This document shows, piece by piece, positions 9,130 through 18,833 of a stretch of 60,786 bases of DNA. Source of the DNA: an uncultured Muribaculaceae bacterium (GTDB lineage Bacteria; Bacillota_I; Bacilli_A; RF39; UBA660); the NCBI GenBank assembly GCA_964636965.1, contig CAZWST010000004.1, positions 1-60,786 of the forward strand. Reading direction: 5' to 3'. How positions within the stretch are numbered: the stretch's first letter is position 1; every line of letters begins with the position of its first letter. The notes beneath the pieces were generated by a model. That model did not search any database, was not told where the DNA came from, and saw nothing but the letters and a program-made list of their open reading frames with translations. A program made the position numbers and the translations under genes.

Positions 9130-9198
9130 CCTTCTTTATATATATTCTAACAAATTATATGTTAATTAACAACAAGATAGTATTTAAAGTTATACGAA

Positions 9199-10101
9199 TT
9201 AACGTTTACTTTTACGTTTATGAGTACTTATAGGATTTACATGAATTACTGCTAAGTATATTTCATCTAACTCAGTTATTTCTTTTTCTAGTTTATTTGC
9301 AATTTCATGACTTTCATAAGTTGATAGATTTCCATCAACAAAAATAGTTACGGATATTTGGTATTGATATCCAATAGGTGTTGAATTAAAGTGATTTGTC
9401 TTTTTTATTTCTGGATGTTTATTTATTATTTTCATAATTTCATTTTTTAAAGTATCGTCCATGCCTTTGTCCATTAATACATCGAATGATTCTTTAAATA
9501 AACGAAGTCCAACTATAAATATCCAAATAACCACAATAGATCCAACTATTCCATCAACATAAGTTATTCCATATCTACCAAATATTGCTGCAATTAAATT
9601 CATACCTGTAAGAAAGCAGTCATTTATGTGATCTTTAGCATTTGCTCTTACTAACAAATTATTATATTTTTTTGCTATTCGAGAGGTATAAATATATAAG
9701 AATACTTTTATAATAATTGTTATTATACAAACAAATATTAACGCATTTGAATAGTTATAATTGTAGTTAAAAAAAAGAGATTTTATTGAAGAAATAAATA
9801 CTTTCACTGAAACTGTAATCATTATTACACTTATAAGCATAGAAAATATATACTCTGCTTTTCCGTGGCCCAAGTTATGATCTTCATCGGCTGCTTTAGA
9901 CGATACTTTGTTTCCAATAAATGTCATAACAGATGAGATAATATCTCCTGCTGAGTTTAGTGCATCAGAAATCATTGATTGGGAGTGAGTTATAAATCCA
10001 GTCGCAGTCTTTATGATAAGTAGTAAGATATTTCCAACTATACCAAATATACTAGCAAGATTTGCACTTTTATATCTATCCATCCTTATTCCTTCTTTCA
10101 T
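9199..10101 (-). CDS. cation diffusion facilitator (CDF) family metal efflux transporter
   Basis: 300-aa ORF with about six TM segments. CDF N-terminal motif ANLASIFGIVGNILLLIIK...SQSMISDALNSAGD and a C-terminal cytoplasmic domain. Confidence 0.8.
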   Translation of the reverse strand: MKEGIRMDRYKSANLASIFGIVGNILLLIIKTATGFITHSQSMISDALNSAGDIISSVMTFIGNKVSSKAADEDHNLGHGKAEYIFSMLISVIMITVSVKVFISSIKSLFFNYNYNYSNALIFVCIITIIIKVFLYIYTSRIAKKYNNLLVRANAKDHINDCFLTGMNLIAAIFGRYGITYVDGIVGSIVVIWIFIVGLRLFKESFDVLMDKGMDDTLKNEIMKIINKHPEIKKTNHFNSTPIGYQYQISVTIFVDGNLSTYESHEIANKLEKEITELDEIYLAVIHVNPISTHKRKSKR

Positions 10102-10160
10102 AGCGTATGCTAATTATATCACAAATTCATAAAATAAAAAGACAAAACTTTCGTTTTGTT

Positions 10161-10724
10161 TTAATATCTATGCAAATCAGATAAAACTCTTCTTTTTAAA
10201 TATTTTACTTGATCACTTTCATGAAATCTATTAAAATCAGAGACAATCAAACCGCATAGGTCTGCATATAATTCTTTTAAATTATACTCATTTCCTTCAA
10301 AGGACATTTGTAATACTCTTGCAATTTCTTCTTTCGTTTTAGTAGTTTCGCGATATCTATCTATCTTATGACCCATCTCATGTCCAAATAAGAATGTTGA
10401 TTCAACTCTTCTTATATTATTAATTGTATCAATATCAAGCACAATATCGTCATTTGGTAAATATAAGTACCCATAAATATAATATGGTAACTGGTTAGTT
10501 AATATGAATTTTTGTCCTTTTAAAAATATATCTGGTAGTTCGCTTTGTTCATATGCCCTTATGCATTTTTTTATACTCTCTTCTCCATGTTCAGTGATTA
10601 TATCAGTGATGAAAGTATCGTCTATATCATCATCTACTTCTCTTTGAAATTTTAACTTTATATCTGTTTCAACAACGATGTTTCTATCTAATCTTTTATA
10701 GCCGGTTATTTTTCTTTCTCTCAT
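10161..10724 (-). CDS. HExxH zinc-metallopeptidase-like protein (ImmA/IrrE-like guess)
   Basis: Motif FLFGHEMGHKIDRY, followed about 30 aa later by ELYADLCGLIV. Start moved to ATG 10724, which has the strong RBS GGAGGGGG. Confidence 0.4.
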   Translation of the reverse strand: MRERKITGYKRLDRNIVVETDIKLKFQREVDDDIDDTFITDIITEHGEESIKKCIRAYEQSELPDIFLKGQKFILTNQLPYYIYGYLYLPNDDIVLDIDTINNIRRVESTFLFGHEMGHKIDRYRETTKTKEEIARVLQMSFEGNEYNLKELYADLCGLIVSDFNRFHESDQVKYLKRRVLSDLHRY

Positions 10725-10812
10725 ATTATCCCCCTCCAATTGGAAACTATTGTAACACATTTAAAAGTATAATAAAAGAAAAATTGGCAATAATAATAGT
10801 GGAGGCGATATT

Positions 10813-11004
10813 ATGAGTCAAAAAGAATTAAATTATCTTGAAGATTTATATAATCATGAGAAATTGGTAATTGATATTTTATCTTCAAGTAAAGATGTAA
10901 TTGATGATGATAATTACATTACACTTATTGATAATCAAATGGATAGGCATAATGATTTAGTAAGTGACTTAGAAAAGTTAATGGGTGATATGTGTGGAGA
11001 ATAA
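10813..11004 (+). CDS. small helical hypothetical protein, upstream partner of the Coat F-like gene
   Basis: 63-aa ORF with a GGAGG RBS. It overlaps the next ORF by 20 nt. Confidence 0.45.
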   Translation: MSQKELNYLEDLYNHEKLVIDILSSSKDVIDDDNYITLIDNQMDRHNDLVSDLEKLMGDMCGE

Positions 11005-11245
11005 AATAATATTAGAAAATGTTCTAACATTAACAAAATCACTTACTACACTTTATTTATATGCAACTATTGAATCAAGTAATGAAAGTGTTAGAAATGT
11101 ATATAATAATGGCTTGATTGAAGCTCTATCTATGCAAGATGAAATTTATCAAAATATGAAAGATGATGGAATTTATAGTGTTGAAAATATCAATGCTTCT
11201 GCAATAAAAAAAGTTTTAAAAAAATTAACAAAAGACGAATCATAA
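10985..11245 (+). CDS. Coat F domain-like spore coat protein
   Basis: Pattern LENVLTLTKSLTTLYLYATIESSNESVRNVYNNGLIEALSMQDEIYQNMKDDGIY resembles the Coat_F four-helix domain. The start is uncertain: GTG at 10985 or 10994. Confidence 0.5.
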   Translation: MICVENKIILENVLTLTKSLTTLYLYATIESSNESVRNVYNNGLIEALSMQDEIYQNMKDDGIYSVENINASAIKKVLKKLTKDES

Positions 11246-11255
11246 ATTCGTCTTT

Positions 11256-13160
11256 TTAATTATTTAAAATTTTATTTGTTAATTCTTCCCATTCAATATT
11301 CAGTTCTTCTAAGTTTGACTGTAACTTTTTTATTTTATCATTTATTGCATTAGATTTATTATAATCTTCATATATATCCGTATTGAATAAATCACTTTCT
11401 AGAGTTTTAATTTTAGTCTCACATTTTATTATTTCATTTTCTAAATGATTTAATTTTTTCTTTAATTCATAAATGTTTTCACTTTTTTGAGAGAGTTCTT
11501 CAATTTGTTCATTTGCCTTTTCTTTTATTATGTTTTTATCTTTAGTGATTTCCGTTATCTTATTTTTTTCTATGTATTCATCATACCCATATTGATAAAA
11601 GGTTACTCCATTTTCATCAAATACTAGTAATTGATCAGCTATCTTTTTTACAAAATAACGATCATGTGAAACAAAAATAATTGTCCCCTTATATTCACTT
11701 AAGATATCTTCAAGATGTTCTTTTCCAACTATGTCCATATGGTTTGTTGGTTCATCAAGTATTAAAAAATTTGGTTTATTGAAAAGTATTTTACATAGTT
11801 CTAATCTTACTTTTTCTCCTCCTGATAAGACATTTATTTTTTTATTTACGTCTTCTCCTTTAAAAAGGAAAGAGCCTAATGCACGACGACATTCTGGTTC
11901 AGTGAGTTCTGGTAAGTGGCTTCTAAATTCTTTTAATACAGTGTTATCTTTATCAATCATAGCAAGATTTTGATCAAAGTATCCTGGGGTTACATGTAGT
12001 CCATAAGAAACATGTCCACTGATTGGATCAAGTAAGCCATTTAAAGTTTTAAGAAGGGTTGATTTACCAATTCCATTAGCTCCAATAACGCCTATTTTCT
12101 TTCCTCTTAAAATAGTTAGATTAAGTTTACATAAAGGTTTATCATAACCTATTTCTAAGTCTTCAGCTATTAAAACTTTTTTTACAGACTCTTCCATTTC
12201 ACTTAAGTTAGTTTTAAATACACGCATATCAGTTTCAAGTGGTTTATCAATTAAATCCATATGCTCGATTTGCTTAAGTTTAGATAAAGCCATACTTGCT
12301 TTTGATGGTTTATATCTAAATCTTTCATAAATACTTTTTAAACGTTTTATTTCTTTTTGCTGAAACTCATAATCTTTTAATGTTTTTTCGTAAACTAGTT
12401 TCTTTTCTTTTTCATAGTATTCATAATTTCCTTTGTATCGTACTAACTTACCATAATCAATATCATAAATAATTGTTGCTATATTATTAATAAACATTCT
12501 ATCATGGGAAACTATTATTAATGCTTTCTTATAATTCTTTAAATATTCTTCTAGCCATTCAATTGTTGTTATATCTAAGTGATTTGTAGGTTCATCTAAC
12601 ATTAAGATATCTGGATGACTTAATAATAATTTTATAAAAGCTATTTTTGTCTTTTGTCCCCCAGAAAATTCACTTATCTTTTTTGACTTATCTGTCTCAG
12701 TAAAACCAAATTTACTTAACATTACTTCATATTCTTTTTTATAAGAATAACCCCCAAGTAATTTAAAGCTTTCTTGTAAATCAGTGTACTGTTTGATAAG
12801 TTCATCAGTATTATTTTCGTTCATTTTTTTTACGTATGAAGCTAATCTTTTTTCCATATCAATTAATGATTTAAAAGATTTCTCTATTTCTTCTATAAGA
12901 GTTAATTCTTCATTTTCAAATTCAACTTGTTTCATGTAGCCGATTGAAAATGTCCCAATTTTATTAATTTGAAACTTTTCTTCTCCTACACCTTCATCAA
13001 ACATTTCATTGTCTGCAAGGGCACGTAAGAGAGTTGTTTTTCCAGCTCCATTTCTACCAACAATTGCGATGTGTTCACCATCGTTTATTTCAAAATTTAT
13101 TTCTTCTAAAATTGTATTACCATTTAAAGAAACGGAAGCGTTTTTTACTTGCAATTTCAT
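11256..13160 (-). CDS. ABC-F family ATPase (two ABC domains, no TM; translation-factor/ribosome-protection type)
   Basis: Two Walker A motifs (GRNGAGKTT, GANGIGKST), two signature motifs (FSGGQKTK, LSGGEKVR), two Walker B motifs (LMLDEPTNHLD, LILDEPTNHMD) and a C-terminal coiled coil. Confidence 0.85.
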   Translation of the reverse strand: MKLQVKNASVSLNGNTILEEINFEINDGEHIAIVGRNGAGKTTLLRALADNEMFDEGVGEEKFQINKIGTFSIGYMKQVEFENEELTLIEEIEKSFKSLIDMEKRLASYVKKMNENNTDELIKQYTDLQESFKLLGGYSYKKEYEVMLSKFGFTETDKSKKISEFSGGQKTKIAFIKLLLSHPDILMLDEPTNHLDITTIEWLEEYLKNYKKALIIVSHDRMFINNIATIIYDIDYGKLVRYKGNYEYYEKEKKLVYEKTLKDYEFQQKEIKRLKSIYERFRYKPSKASMALSKLKQIEHMDLIDKPLETDMRVFKTNLSEMEESVKKVLIAEDLEIGYDKPLCKLNLTILRGKKIGVIGANGIGKSTLLKTLNGLLDPISGHVSYGLHVTPGYFDQNLAMIDKDNTVLKEFRSHLPELTEPECRRALGSFLFKGEDVNKKINVLSGGEKVRLELCKILFNKPNFLILDEPTNHMDIVGKEHLEDILSEYKGTIIFVSHDRYFVKKIADQLLVFDENGVTFYQYGYDEYIEKNKITEITKDKNIIKEKANEQIEELSQKSENIYELKKKLNHLENEIIKCETKIKTLESDLFNTDIYEDYNKSNAINDKIKKLQSNLEELNIEWEELTNKILNN

Positions 13161-13734
13161 AACGACACATCCTTATATATTTTTTATATGTGTATTCATC
13201 GATTAATACACTTTTATTTATTTTTTTGATCTTTATGTGTTTTTTTAAATCTTGATATTCAGAAGTACTTATTCCAACCATTTTCTTTATACCTACTAAA
13301 CTAAAATTTAGATTTATTTGATCTTTAGAATTATATCTAACTCTCTCAAGTGAATCCAAATCTTCAATATCTAAGTTTGGTAAATTCTTTTTAATTTGGT
13401 TTTTTAATTCTTCAACAACTATATCATCTAACTCATCTTCAAGAATAAGGATTTTCTCTTTTAAATCATCAAATGTATCACATACACGATTTATAGTTGA
13501 GGGGTGATTATCAACATCTTTATTTTCACCTGGAGTAAAATATATTGTATAATTACTTCCAGTTACTGTTAGAGGATATTCAACAGATATTTTTTCATGA
13601 CAATTTTTACACTCATTAAGAAATATACTTTTATCTATAACTTTTTTTATATTATCTCCACTTACTTCTGTAAAAATTTTTATTCTATTCTTAGTTTTAC
13701 ATTTTGGACATAAAAAATCTTCTTTAATTTTCAT
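13117..13734 (-). CDS. CpXC domain protein
   Basis: CPKC...CKNC zinc-ribbon pair at the N-terminus. Start placed at ATG 13734 with a GGAGGA RBS. The 3' end overlaps the ABC-F start by 44 nt. Confidence 0.6.
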   Translation of the reverse strand: MKIKEDFLCPKCKTKNRIKIFTEVSGDNIKKVIDKSIFLNECKNCHEKISVEYPLTVTGSNYTIYFTPGENKDVDNHPSTINRVCDTFDDLKEKILILEDELDDIVVEELKNQIKKNLPNLDIEDLDSLERVRYNSKDQINLNFSLVGIKKMVGISTSEYQDLKKHIKIKKINKSVLIDEYTYKKYIRMCRYEIASKKRFRFFKW

Positions 13735-13793
13735 AAGTATCCTCCATAACTTCCAAATTATTATATCATAAATCAATATTTTATTATATAATT

Positions 13794-15008
13794 ATGCTAG
13801 TGATGTTTATGAAAATATTAATTGTGATTTTATCAGTTTTATTTTTGACTGGATGTGGGAAAAAAGAAGTTATTCCTGAAGATGTTATTATCGACGTTAA
13901 AGATATCAAGATAGAAGTTTTTAGTGAGTCTACACTTAGTGATTTAATTGGTAACACTAATACAATGATAAATAATTTAAATAGTACTTTAGATACTAGT
14001 GATATAGGTAATAAAGATATTGAAGTGGAGTTTACTTATGCTGATAAAACTTATAAAAAGAAAGTTGAATATACAGTTGTTGATTCTATAAATCCTGTTT
14101 TTATAAATGCTCCAACATTTAGGACAATAAAAGTATTAAATGATTATTATCCTTGTGATGAAATAGTGTTTGGTGATAATTACGACAGATCCCCTACTTG
14201 TGAAATAGATGGTGAATATGATTTAACTAAATCTGGTATTTACGAAGTTCAGTATGTTATTAAAGATTCATCTAATAATGAAACACGAAAGAATTTAAAA
14301 ATAAACGTAGTTGATGAAATATCTTCAAATGGTAATTCAAATAAACAAACTACAACACTTCCAATTTCGAATGTAATAAGTGAAAAAAAGAATGATGATG
14401 TGATGATTGGAATAGATGTTTCAAGATGGCAAGAAACAATAGATTTTGAAAGAGTAAAAAATGCTGGAGTTGAATTTGTTATAATGCGTATGGGAATTAA
14501 TTCAGATATTGATAAAGATATTTCAATGGATTCGTACTTTAGGCAAAACATTGAAGGCGCAAAGAATGCAGGCTTAAAGGTGGGTGTTTATATCTATACA
14601 GCAGCAACTAATAAAGAAACTGCTCTTGAACATGCTAGATGGACGCTTCGTGCTCTTGATGGAATAGATCTCGATTTCCCGGTTGCATTTGATTGGGAAA
14701 ACTGGAGTAAGTTTAGAAAGTATGGAATAAGTATCCATGATTTAGATGAAACATTATGTGCTTTTGCTCAAGAATTAAAAAGTGGTGGCTATGACACTAT
14801 GCTATATAGTAGTAAGTTCTATTTAGAAAACATTTGGATGAATAGATTAAAGTTGCCTGTTTGGTTAGCACATTATACAAATCAAACTAATTATGAAGGA
14901 GATTACTTCTTATGGCAAATGAGTAATGTTGGCCGAGTTGATGGTATAAAAGGTAACGTTGATATTGATATTCTGTATAAAAATAAGACTAGTTTAAATC
15001 TAAACTAG
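13794..15008 (+). CDS. lipoprotein GH25 muramidase (lysozyme) with N-terminal Ig-like region
   Basis: Lipobox LFLTGCGKK. GH25 signature GIDVSRWQETIDFERVKNAGVEFVIMRMG and the C-terminal WQMSNVGRVDGIKGNVDIDI. The true start is possibly ATG 13809. Confidence 0.8.
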   Translation: MLVMFMKILIVILSVLFLTGCGKKEVIPEDVIIDVKDIKIEVFSESTLSDLIGNTNTMINNLNSTLDTSDIGNKDIEVEFTYADKTYKKKVEYTVVDSINPVFINAPTFRTIKVLNDYYPCDEIVFGDNYDRSPTCEIDGEYDLTKSGIYEVQYVIKDSSNNETRKNLKINVVDEISSNGNSNKQTTTLPISNVISEKKNDDVMIGIDVSRWQETIDFERVKNAGVEFVIMRMGINSDIDKDISMDSYFRQNIEGAKNAGLKVGVYIYTAATNKETALEHARWTLRALDGIDLDFPVAFDWENWSKFRKYGISIHDLDETLCAFAQELKSGGYDTMLYSSKFYLENIWMNRLKLPVWLAHYTNQTNYEGDYFLWQMSNVGRVDGIKGNVDIDILYKNKTSLNLN

Positions 15009-15012
15009 TCTT

Positions 15013-15432
15013 TTATTTTTGCATAAATTCTTGATACCATTGAGATATCTTATCACTTTTAACGCTTGGATTATGAGTATATTCCAAGTACTCATTTTTA
15101 GTCATTTTTTCTTCTTGCTCTCTTCTATAGTTATTAAATTTTTTTTCAATAAACAAGTCATTTAAATATCCTTGAAGAAGTGATATTTTATACTCAATTG
15201 CATCATTATTAATTTTATATCTTAAATATGTATCATCAACTTTAAATTTATCAAAGTTATTTTCTAAATCATAGTCTTCTGATATATCTATATTGTTGAT
15301 ATGATAACTTCTTATTTTTCCCATAAGTAAGCTTATATCTTGTTGGTAAGCTTCTTTAATTTTTCTTACCTCATCACGATCAGTTGATAGCATACTATAA
15401 AGTTCACTGTATTCATCTGTCATATTAATCAC
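15013..15432 (-). CDS. hypothetical helical protein (gene 7 of the FtsK-domain operon)
   Basis: 139-aa ORF. Its start overlaps the stop of the upstream gene by 4 nt (ATGA). No TM segment and no recognised motif. Confidence 0.55.
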   Translation of the reverse strand: MINMTDEYSELYSMLSTDRDEVRKIKEAYQQDISLLMGKIRSYHINNIDISEDYDLENNFDKFKVDDTYLRYKINNDAIEYKISLLQGYLNDLFIEKKFNNYRREQEEKMTKNEYLEYTHNPSVKSDKISQWYQEFMQK

Positions 15433-17012
15433 CTAATTCCAAACCCGATTTTTGCTTCACTTTGTATTGCCATAGAGTAACCTCTTAAACGATTACAATA
15501 ATATTCACGATCAGTTTCAGTAAGTAATCTGGCATTATATGCATCTTCTACTTTTTGATAAGCTTTTTCAATATAAGAATTCAAACGAACTTCAGTTCCA
15601 GCAAGACTACCTAAATTATTTGCATCATGCTCAATTGTTAAAACATCTTGTTTAATATTGCTAATAAGCTCGTTTAATTCAACTTTGGCTCTTTCAACTT
15701 CAGGGGATTGATAACCAATTGTTGCTTCTAAAACTAATCTTTTTTCATTTATTCTATTTAGTAATAAAGTAAATGCACTTTTTAGTTGTATATCCTTTAT
15801 TCCTTTATTTAAAGCATCTCCATATCTTTCTAAAGCTTTACCATATAATGTGCTGTATTCATCTAGTGTTGTGAATCCATTAAGTTCATTAGTCATTGAA
15901 TTTATTTCACTGAATAATACATCTGCATATTCTTCTGCATTACCATTTACCTTTATTAAATTTCTTTGTTTATTTGCAATAAGTTCGCTTACAGAATTTA
16001 TATATGGATTTACATCTTTATATACTTCGCTATTTCTTGCATCCTCTACTATAGAATCAAAATATTTAGTTACAGACTCCAAGTCATGTATAGTTGTAGT
16101 TCCATCGATTGTTTGTTTAAGTTTGTTTAAAACATCACGATAATATTCTTCAGATGTAACTGATTCATTCTTACCTAGATTAGTAAGTTGTGAAGAGATT
16201 TCTGCATCAGTTAATAAACTAGATTGAACTACCGGTATTTCAGCGGTTACTTCTGGTACTGAGTCTTCATTTAATCTTATTTGTATTTCACTTACTAATC
16301 CTGGATTATCTCCGGTTTTATTGTGTTCATCTTCTTTTTTTCTTTCAAGTTCTTTCTTTTGCGTTGCTAAAACTTCTGCTTGATGGTCAACTATTTCTTT
16401 AATAAATTCATTTAAATCAATTGATTTTTCTCCAAAGTTAACTGAATATTCTGTATCCATCTTTGTTGGAAGAACTTTAACAATATATTCTCTTACCGTA
16501 ATATTCATACCATCTAAAGTAGATTCTAATATTTCCTTATCTACTCTGCTTACATAGTATTCACATGATTCAATTTTTCCTTCTAAAGTTGGTGCTTTAT
16601 ATTCATCATTTAATACTTTTCGATATAATTCACTTAATTCAATAGTCTTACCAGCATAGTTAAGAGTTCCATCATCATTCATAAATTCAAGGGCATATTG
16701 AATTAAATAATCACTTACATTTCTAAATTCATTTGGACCAATTTGAATAACATCAATAAAATTAGGATTTTCTTTAATAAATTCTCTTACACTTTTTAAT
16801 CTAATGTCATTTAGGTTTAATCTTGTTACTAATTTTTCATTAATATCTTGAGCAACTCTTAAAGGGTCGGCGCCATCTTTAACAAAAAGGTTCGCATTAC
16901 TCTCCAAAAACTCAAATAAAGGAATACGTTTGTCTTGGGATATGATTGTTGCATTTGCAAATGAATTAGGTAATAATTGCTCTGCTTGTTTAATAATGTC
17001 AAGTTTTTCCAT
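15429..17012 (-). CDS. hypothetical 527-aa soluble two-domain protein (gene 6 of the FtsK-domain operon)
   Basis: AGGAGGA RBS. An N-terminal ~215-aa domain, a charged low-complexity linker and a C-terminal all-helical region. No TM segment and no recognised motif. Confidence 0.55.
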   Translation of the reverse strand: MEKLDIIKQAEQLLPNSFANATIISQDKRIPLFEFLESNANLFVKDGADPLRVAQDINEKLVTRLNLNDIRLKSVREFIKENPNFIDVIQIGPNEFRNVSDYLIQYALEFMNDDGTLNYAGKTIELSELYRKVLNDEYKAPTLEGKIESCEYYVSRVDKEILESTLDGMNITVREYIVKVLPTKMDTEYSVNFGEKSIDLNEFIKEIVDHQAEVLATQKKELERKKEDEHNKTGDNPGLVSEIQIRLNEDSVPEVTAEIPVVQSSLLTDAEISSQLTNLGKNESVTSEEYYRDVLNKLKQTIDGTTTIHDLESVTKYFDSIVEDARNSEVYKDVNPYINSVSELIANKQRNLIKVNGNAEEYADVLFSEINSMTNELNGFTTLDEYSTLYGKALERYGDALNKGIKDIQLKSAFTLLLNRINEKRLVLEATIGYQSPEVERAKVELNELISNIKQDVLTIEHDANNLGSLAGTEVRLNSYIEKAYQKVEDAYNARLLTETDREYYCNRLRGYSMAIQSEAKIGFGIR

Positions 17013-17059
17013 TCATATCCTCCTTTACTTTACATATTTAATTATAGCAAAAAAAAAGA

Positions 17060-17476
17060 CTATTTAGTAGTCCTTTTTTGATATAAAATGAAATTCCATT
17101 TATCGTCTCCAATAAGTTCTTCTATGCATTCGTAGTTTTCCTTAAATAAGTATTTTATTGTTTCTTCAGAAACTATATGTTTATTGTTTATAAGTAATAT
17201 AATTCCTTCTTCTTTAAGCATACTAGTTATTTTATTAAGTGTGTTAGCAAGTAAATCGTACTTATCACATTCAAAGTAACTATTTAGGATTATACCATCA
17301 ACAAATGCATGTTCATTTTCATCAATTATGATAAGATTTTTTGAATTTAGAAACTCGATATCCTTCTCGCTTTTATTACCATATAACATTATTTTATTGT
17401 TTTTTAATAATTTTATAAATTGTTTATAATATGGAATTAAAAATGTATTATCATTAATATAGTCAACATTATTCAT
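17060..17476 (-). CDS. hypothetical protein, weakly class-I-methyltransferase-like Rossmann remnant (gene 5)
   Basis: 138-aa ORF overlapping the upstream gene by 8 nt. The pattern IMLYGNKSEKD...IIIDENE...VDGIILNSYFE...MLKEEGIILLI resembles MTase strands, but the GxGxG SAM motif is absent. Confidence 0.3.
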   Translation of the reverse strand: MNNVDYINDNTFLIPYYKQFIKLLKNNKIMLYGNKSEKDIEFLNSKNLIIIDENEHAFVDGIILNSYFECDKYDLLANTLNKITSMLKEEGIILLINNKHIVSEETIKYLFKENYECIEELIGDDKWNFILYQKRTTK

Positions 17477-18227
17477 CTAAATGTAATACTTCTTTTATAA
17501 TTGAATCGGAAAATTCAAAATTATGATATTTAAATACTTGATTCTTTGTTTTAGCTAAGAATGTACCGATTTCAAGATTATTGGAGCCTTCAATGTTATT
17601 TTTTTCACTTTCTGATTCATTAGTATAATCAAATGAAATAAGAAGGGATGCAAATACATTCTTATCCGTTTCAAAGAACTTATTATGAACATCACTTGTT
17701 GCTAATAGTAACATAATGTTTAAACCGGCAAGTTGACTTATAATGCCTGATAACATTTTTTCTGTATCTTCTTCTCTAAGTAAGAATTTATCATCATCTA
17801 TTGCAATAACTAAAAGAGGTATTTTTTCATCAGTCATTTCATTGTATTCATCGATTGTAGTAACACTCTTTTCATTTAATAATGACTTTCTTCTATCTAT
17901 TTCTTCTAAAACTTTAGCTAAGGCAACTATTGATTTGTCTAAGTCATTTATTGCTTTAAAAATTGGATAATTAGTATTTTCATAATAATTAAGTTCTACA
18001 CCTGATGTATCTACTAGTATAAGTTGCATTTCAAGAGATGTATATTCACTTATTAACTCTAAAAGTATTTGATCTAATAAAATAGATTTGCCGCTTCCAG
18101 TTTCTCCAGTAATAATTATAGAAGGATTTGTTTTAACATCAACTACTAATTTTTCTCCACCAGCAGAACTACCTAAAACTAATTTTCCCTTCTTTATATC
18201 ATTTTTTAATATATCTCTAAAATCCAT
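17469..18227 (-). CDS. stand-alone FtsK/SpoIIIE-family P-loop ATPase domain (gene 4)
   Basis: Aligns by eye along the whole FtsK motor core. Residues LGSSAGGEKLVVDVKTNPSIIITGETGSGKS (Walker A), LILVDTSGVELNYY, EIDRRKSLL, IPLLVIAIDD (Walker B) and NIMLLLATSDV (FtsK has ATQRP here). No TM, FHA or gamma domain. Confidence 0.8.
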   Translation of the reverse strand: MDFRDILKNDIKKGKLVLGSSAGGEKLVVDVKTNPSIIITGETGSGKSILLDQILLELISEYTSLEMQLILVDTSGVELNYYENTNYPIFKAINDLDKSIVALAKVLEEIDRRKSLLNEKSVTTIDEYNEMTDEKIPLLVIAIDDDKFLLREEDTEKMLSGIISQLAGLNIMLLLATSDVHNKFFETDKNVFASLLISFDYTNESESEKNNIEGSNNLEIGTFLAKTKNQVFKYHNFEFSDSIIKEVLHLDE

Positions 18228-18235
18228 AGTCCCTC

Positions 18236-18631
18236 CTAAAGTTCATAATCTTTTATTTTTACAAGTAATTTGTTAATTGTTTCATCTTTTCCTTCTAATG
18301 GAACATTTATAGAAAAGAAGGTATTATCTTCTGTATCAGTTACTTCTGTTATGAAAATCTTATCTTTATCAAGATCAATTATTTTGTTATCAATTAACAT
18401 CTTCTTTATTGCTTTTGGTGAAATAGACTCAATATCTAAATTAGATATAAATATGGTTGCATTAGTTATTCCATAGCTTGACCATACTTCAACACGATAT
18501 GGTCTGTTATCTTCAAGTGTTCCTTCATTATAACCTATATTACAAACTTCTGTATCACTTGTAAAATCTATTGTGTCTCTTACTATACTTGGATAATCCA
18601 TATAATCACTCCTTAACTTAGGCATTTTCAA
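18236..18631 (-). CDS. hypothetical 131-aa protein (gene 3)
   Basis: ORF overlapping the upstream gene by 14 nt. Soluble, with no recognised motif. Confidence 0.5.
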   Translation of the reverse strand: MKMPKLRSDYMDYPSIVRDTIDFTSDTEVCNIGYNEGTLEDNRPYRVEVWSSYGITNATIFISNLDIESISPKAIKKMLIDNKIIDLDKDKIFITEVTDTEDNTFFSINVPLEGKDETINKLLVKIKDYEL

Positions 18632-18833
18632 TGCTCATTAATATTAAATAAACTTTCTTTAAGTCTTCTTCCTTAACTTTTAAATCTCTTAAAATAGAAT
18701 ATGCCTCTTCCATAGTCATTTCAAAAAAACAATTATCATTTTTTAAAATATTTTTTATTAATGTATATTTTTCTTTATCAACGCTTAATAAATTTTCTGC
18801 TTGGTTTCTTAATTTATCTAACAATTCTATCAC
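18618..18833 (-). CDS. hypothetical 71-aa helical protein (gene 2)
   Basis: ORF overlapping the upstream gene by 20 nt and the downstream gene by 14 nt. Confidence 0.45.
   Translation of the reverse strand: MIELLDKLRNQAENLLSVDKEKYTLIKNILKNDNCFFEMTMEEAYSILRDLKVKEEDLKKVYLILMSIENA

Noticed and set aside
10813-11245. The two small overlapping ORFs read as one frameshifted CotF-like gene.
   Set aside because: This cannot be decided by eye. The first ORF has its own RBS, and its sequence does not look like the N-terminal part of Coat F. The two are kept as separate genes with moderate confidence.
13117-13160. A 44-nt overlap between the CpXC gene 3' end and the ABC-F gene start, considered as a possible frameshift or pseudogene.
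   Set aside because: Both ORFs are full length with intact motifs, and the ABC-F Walker A follows at the normal distance from Met1. The overlap is noted but there is no evidence of disruption.
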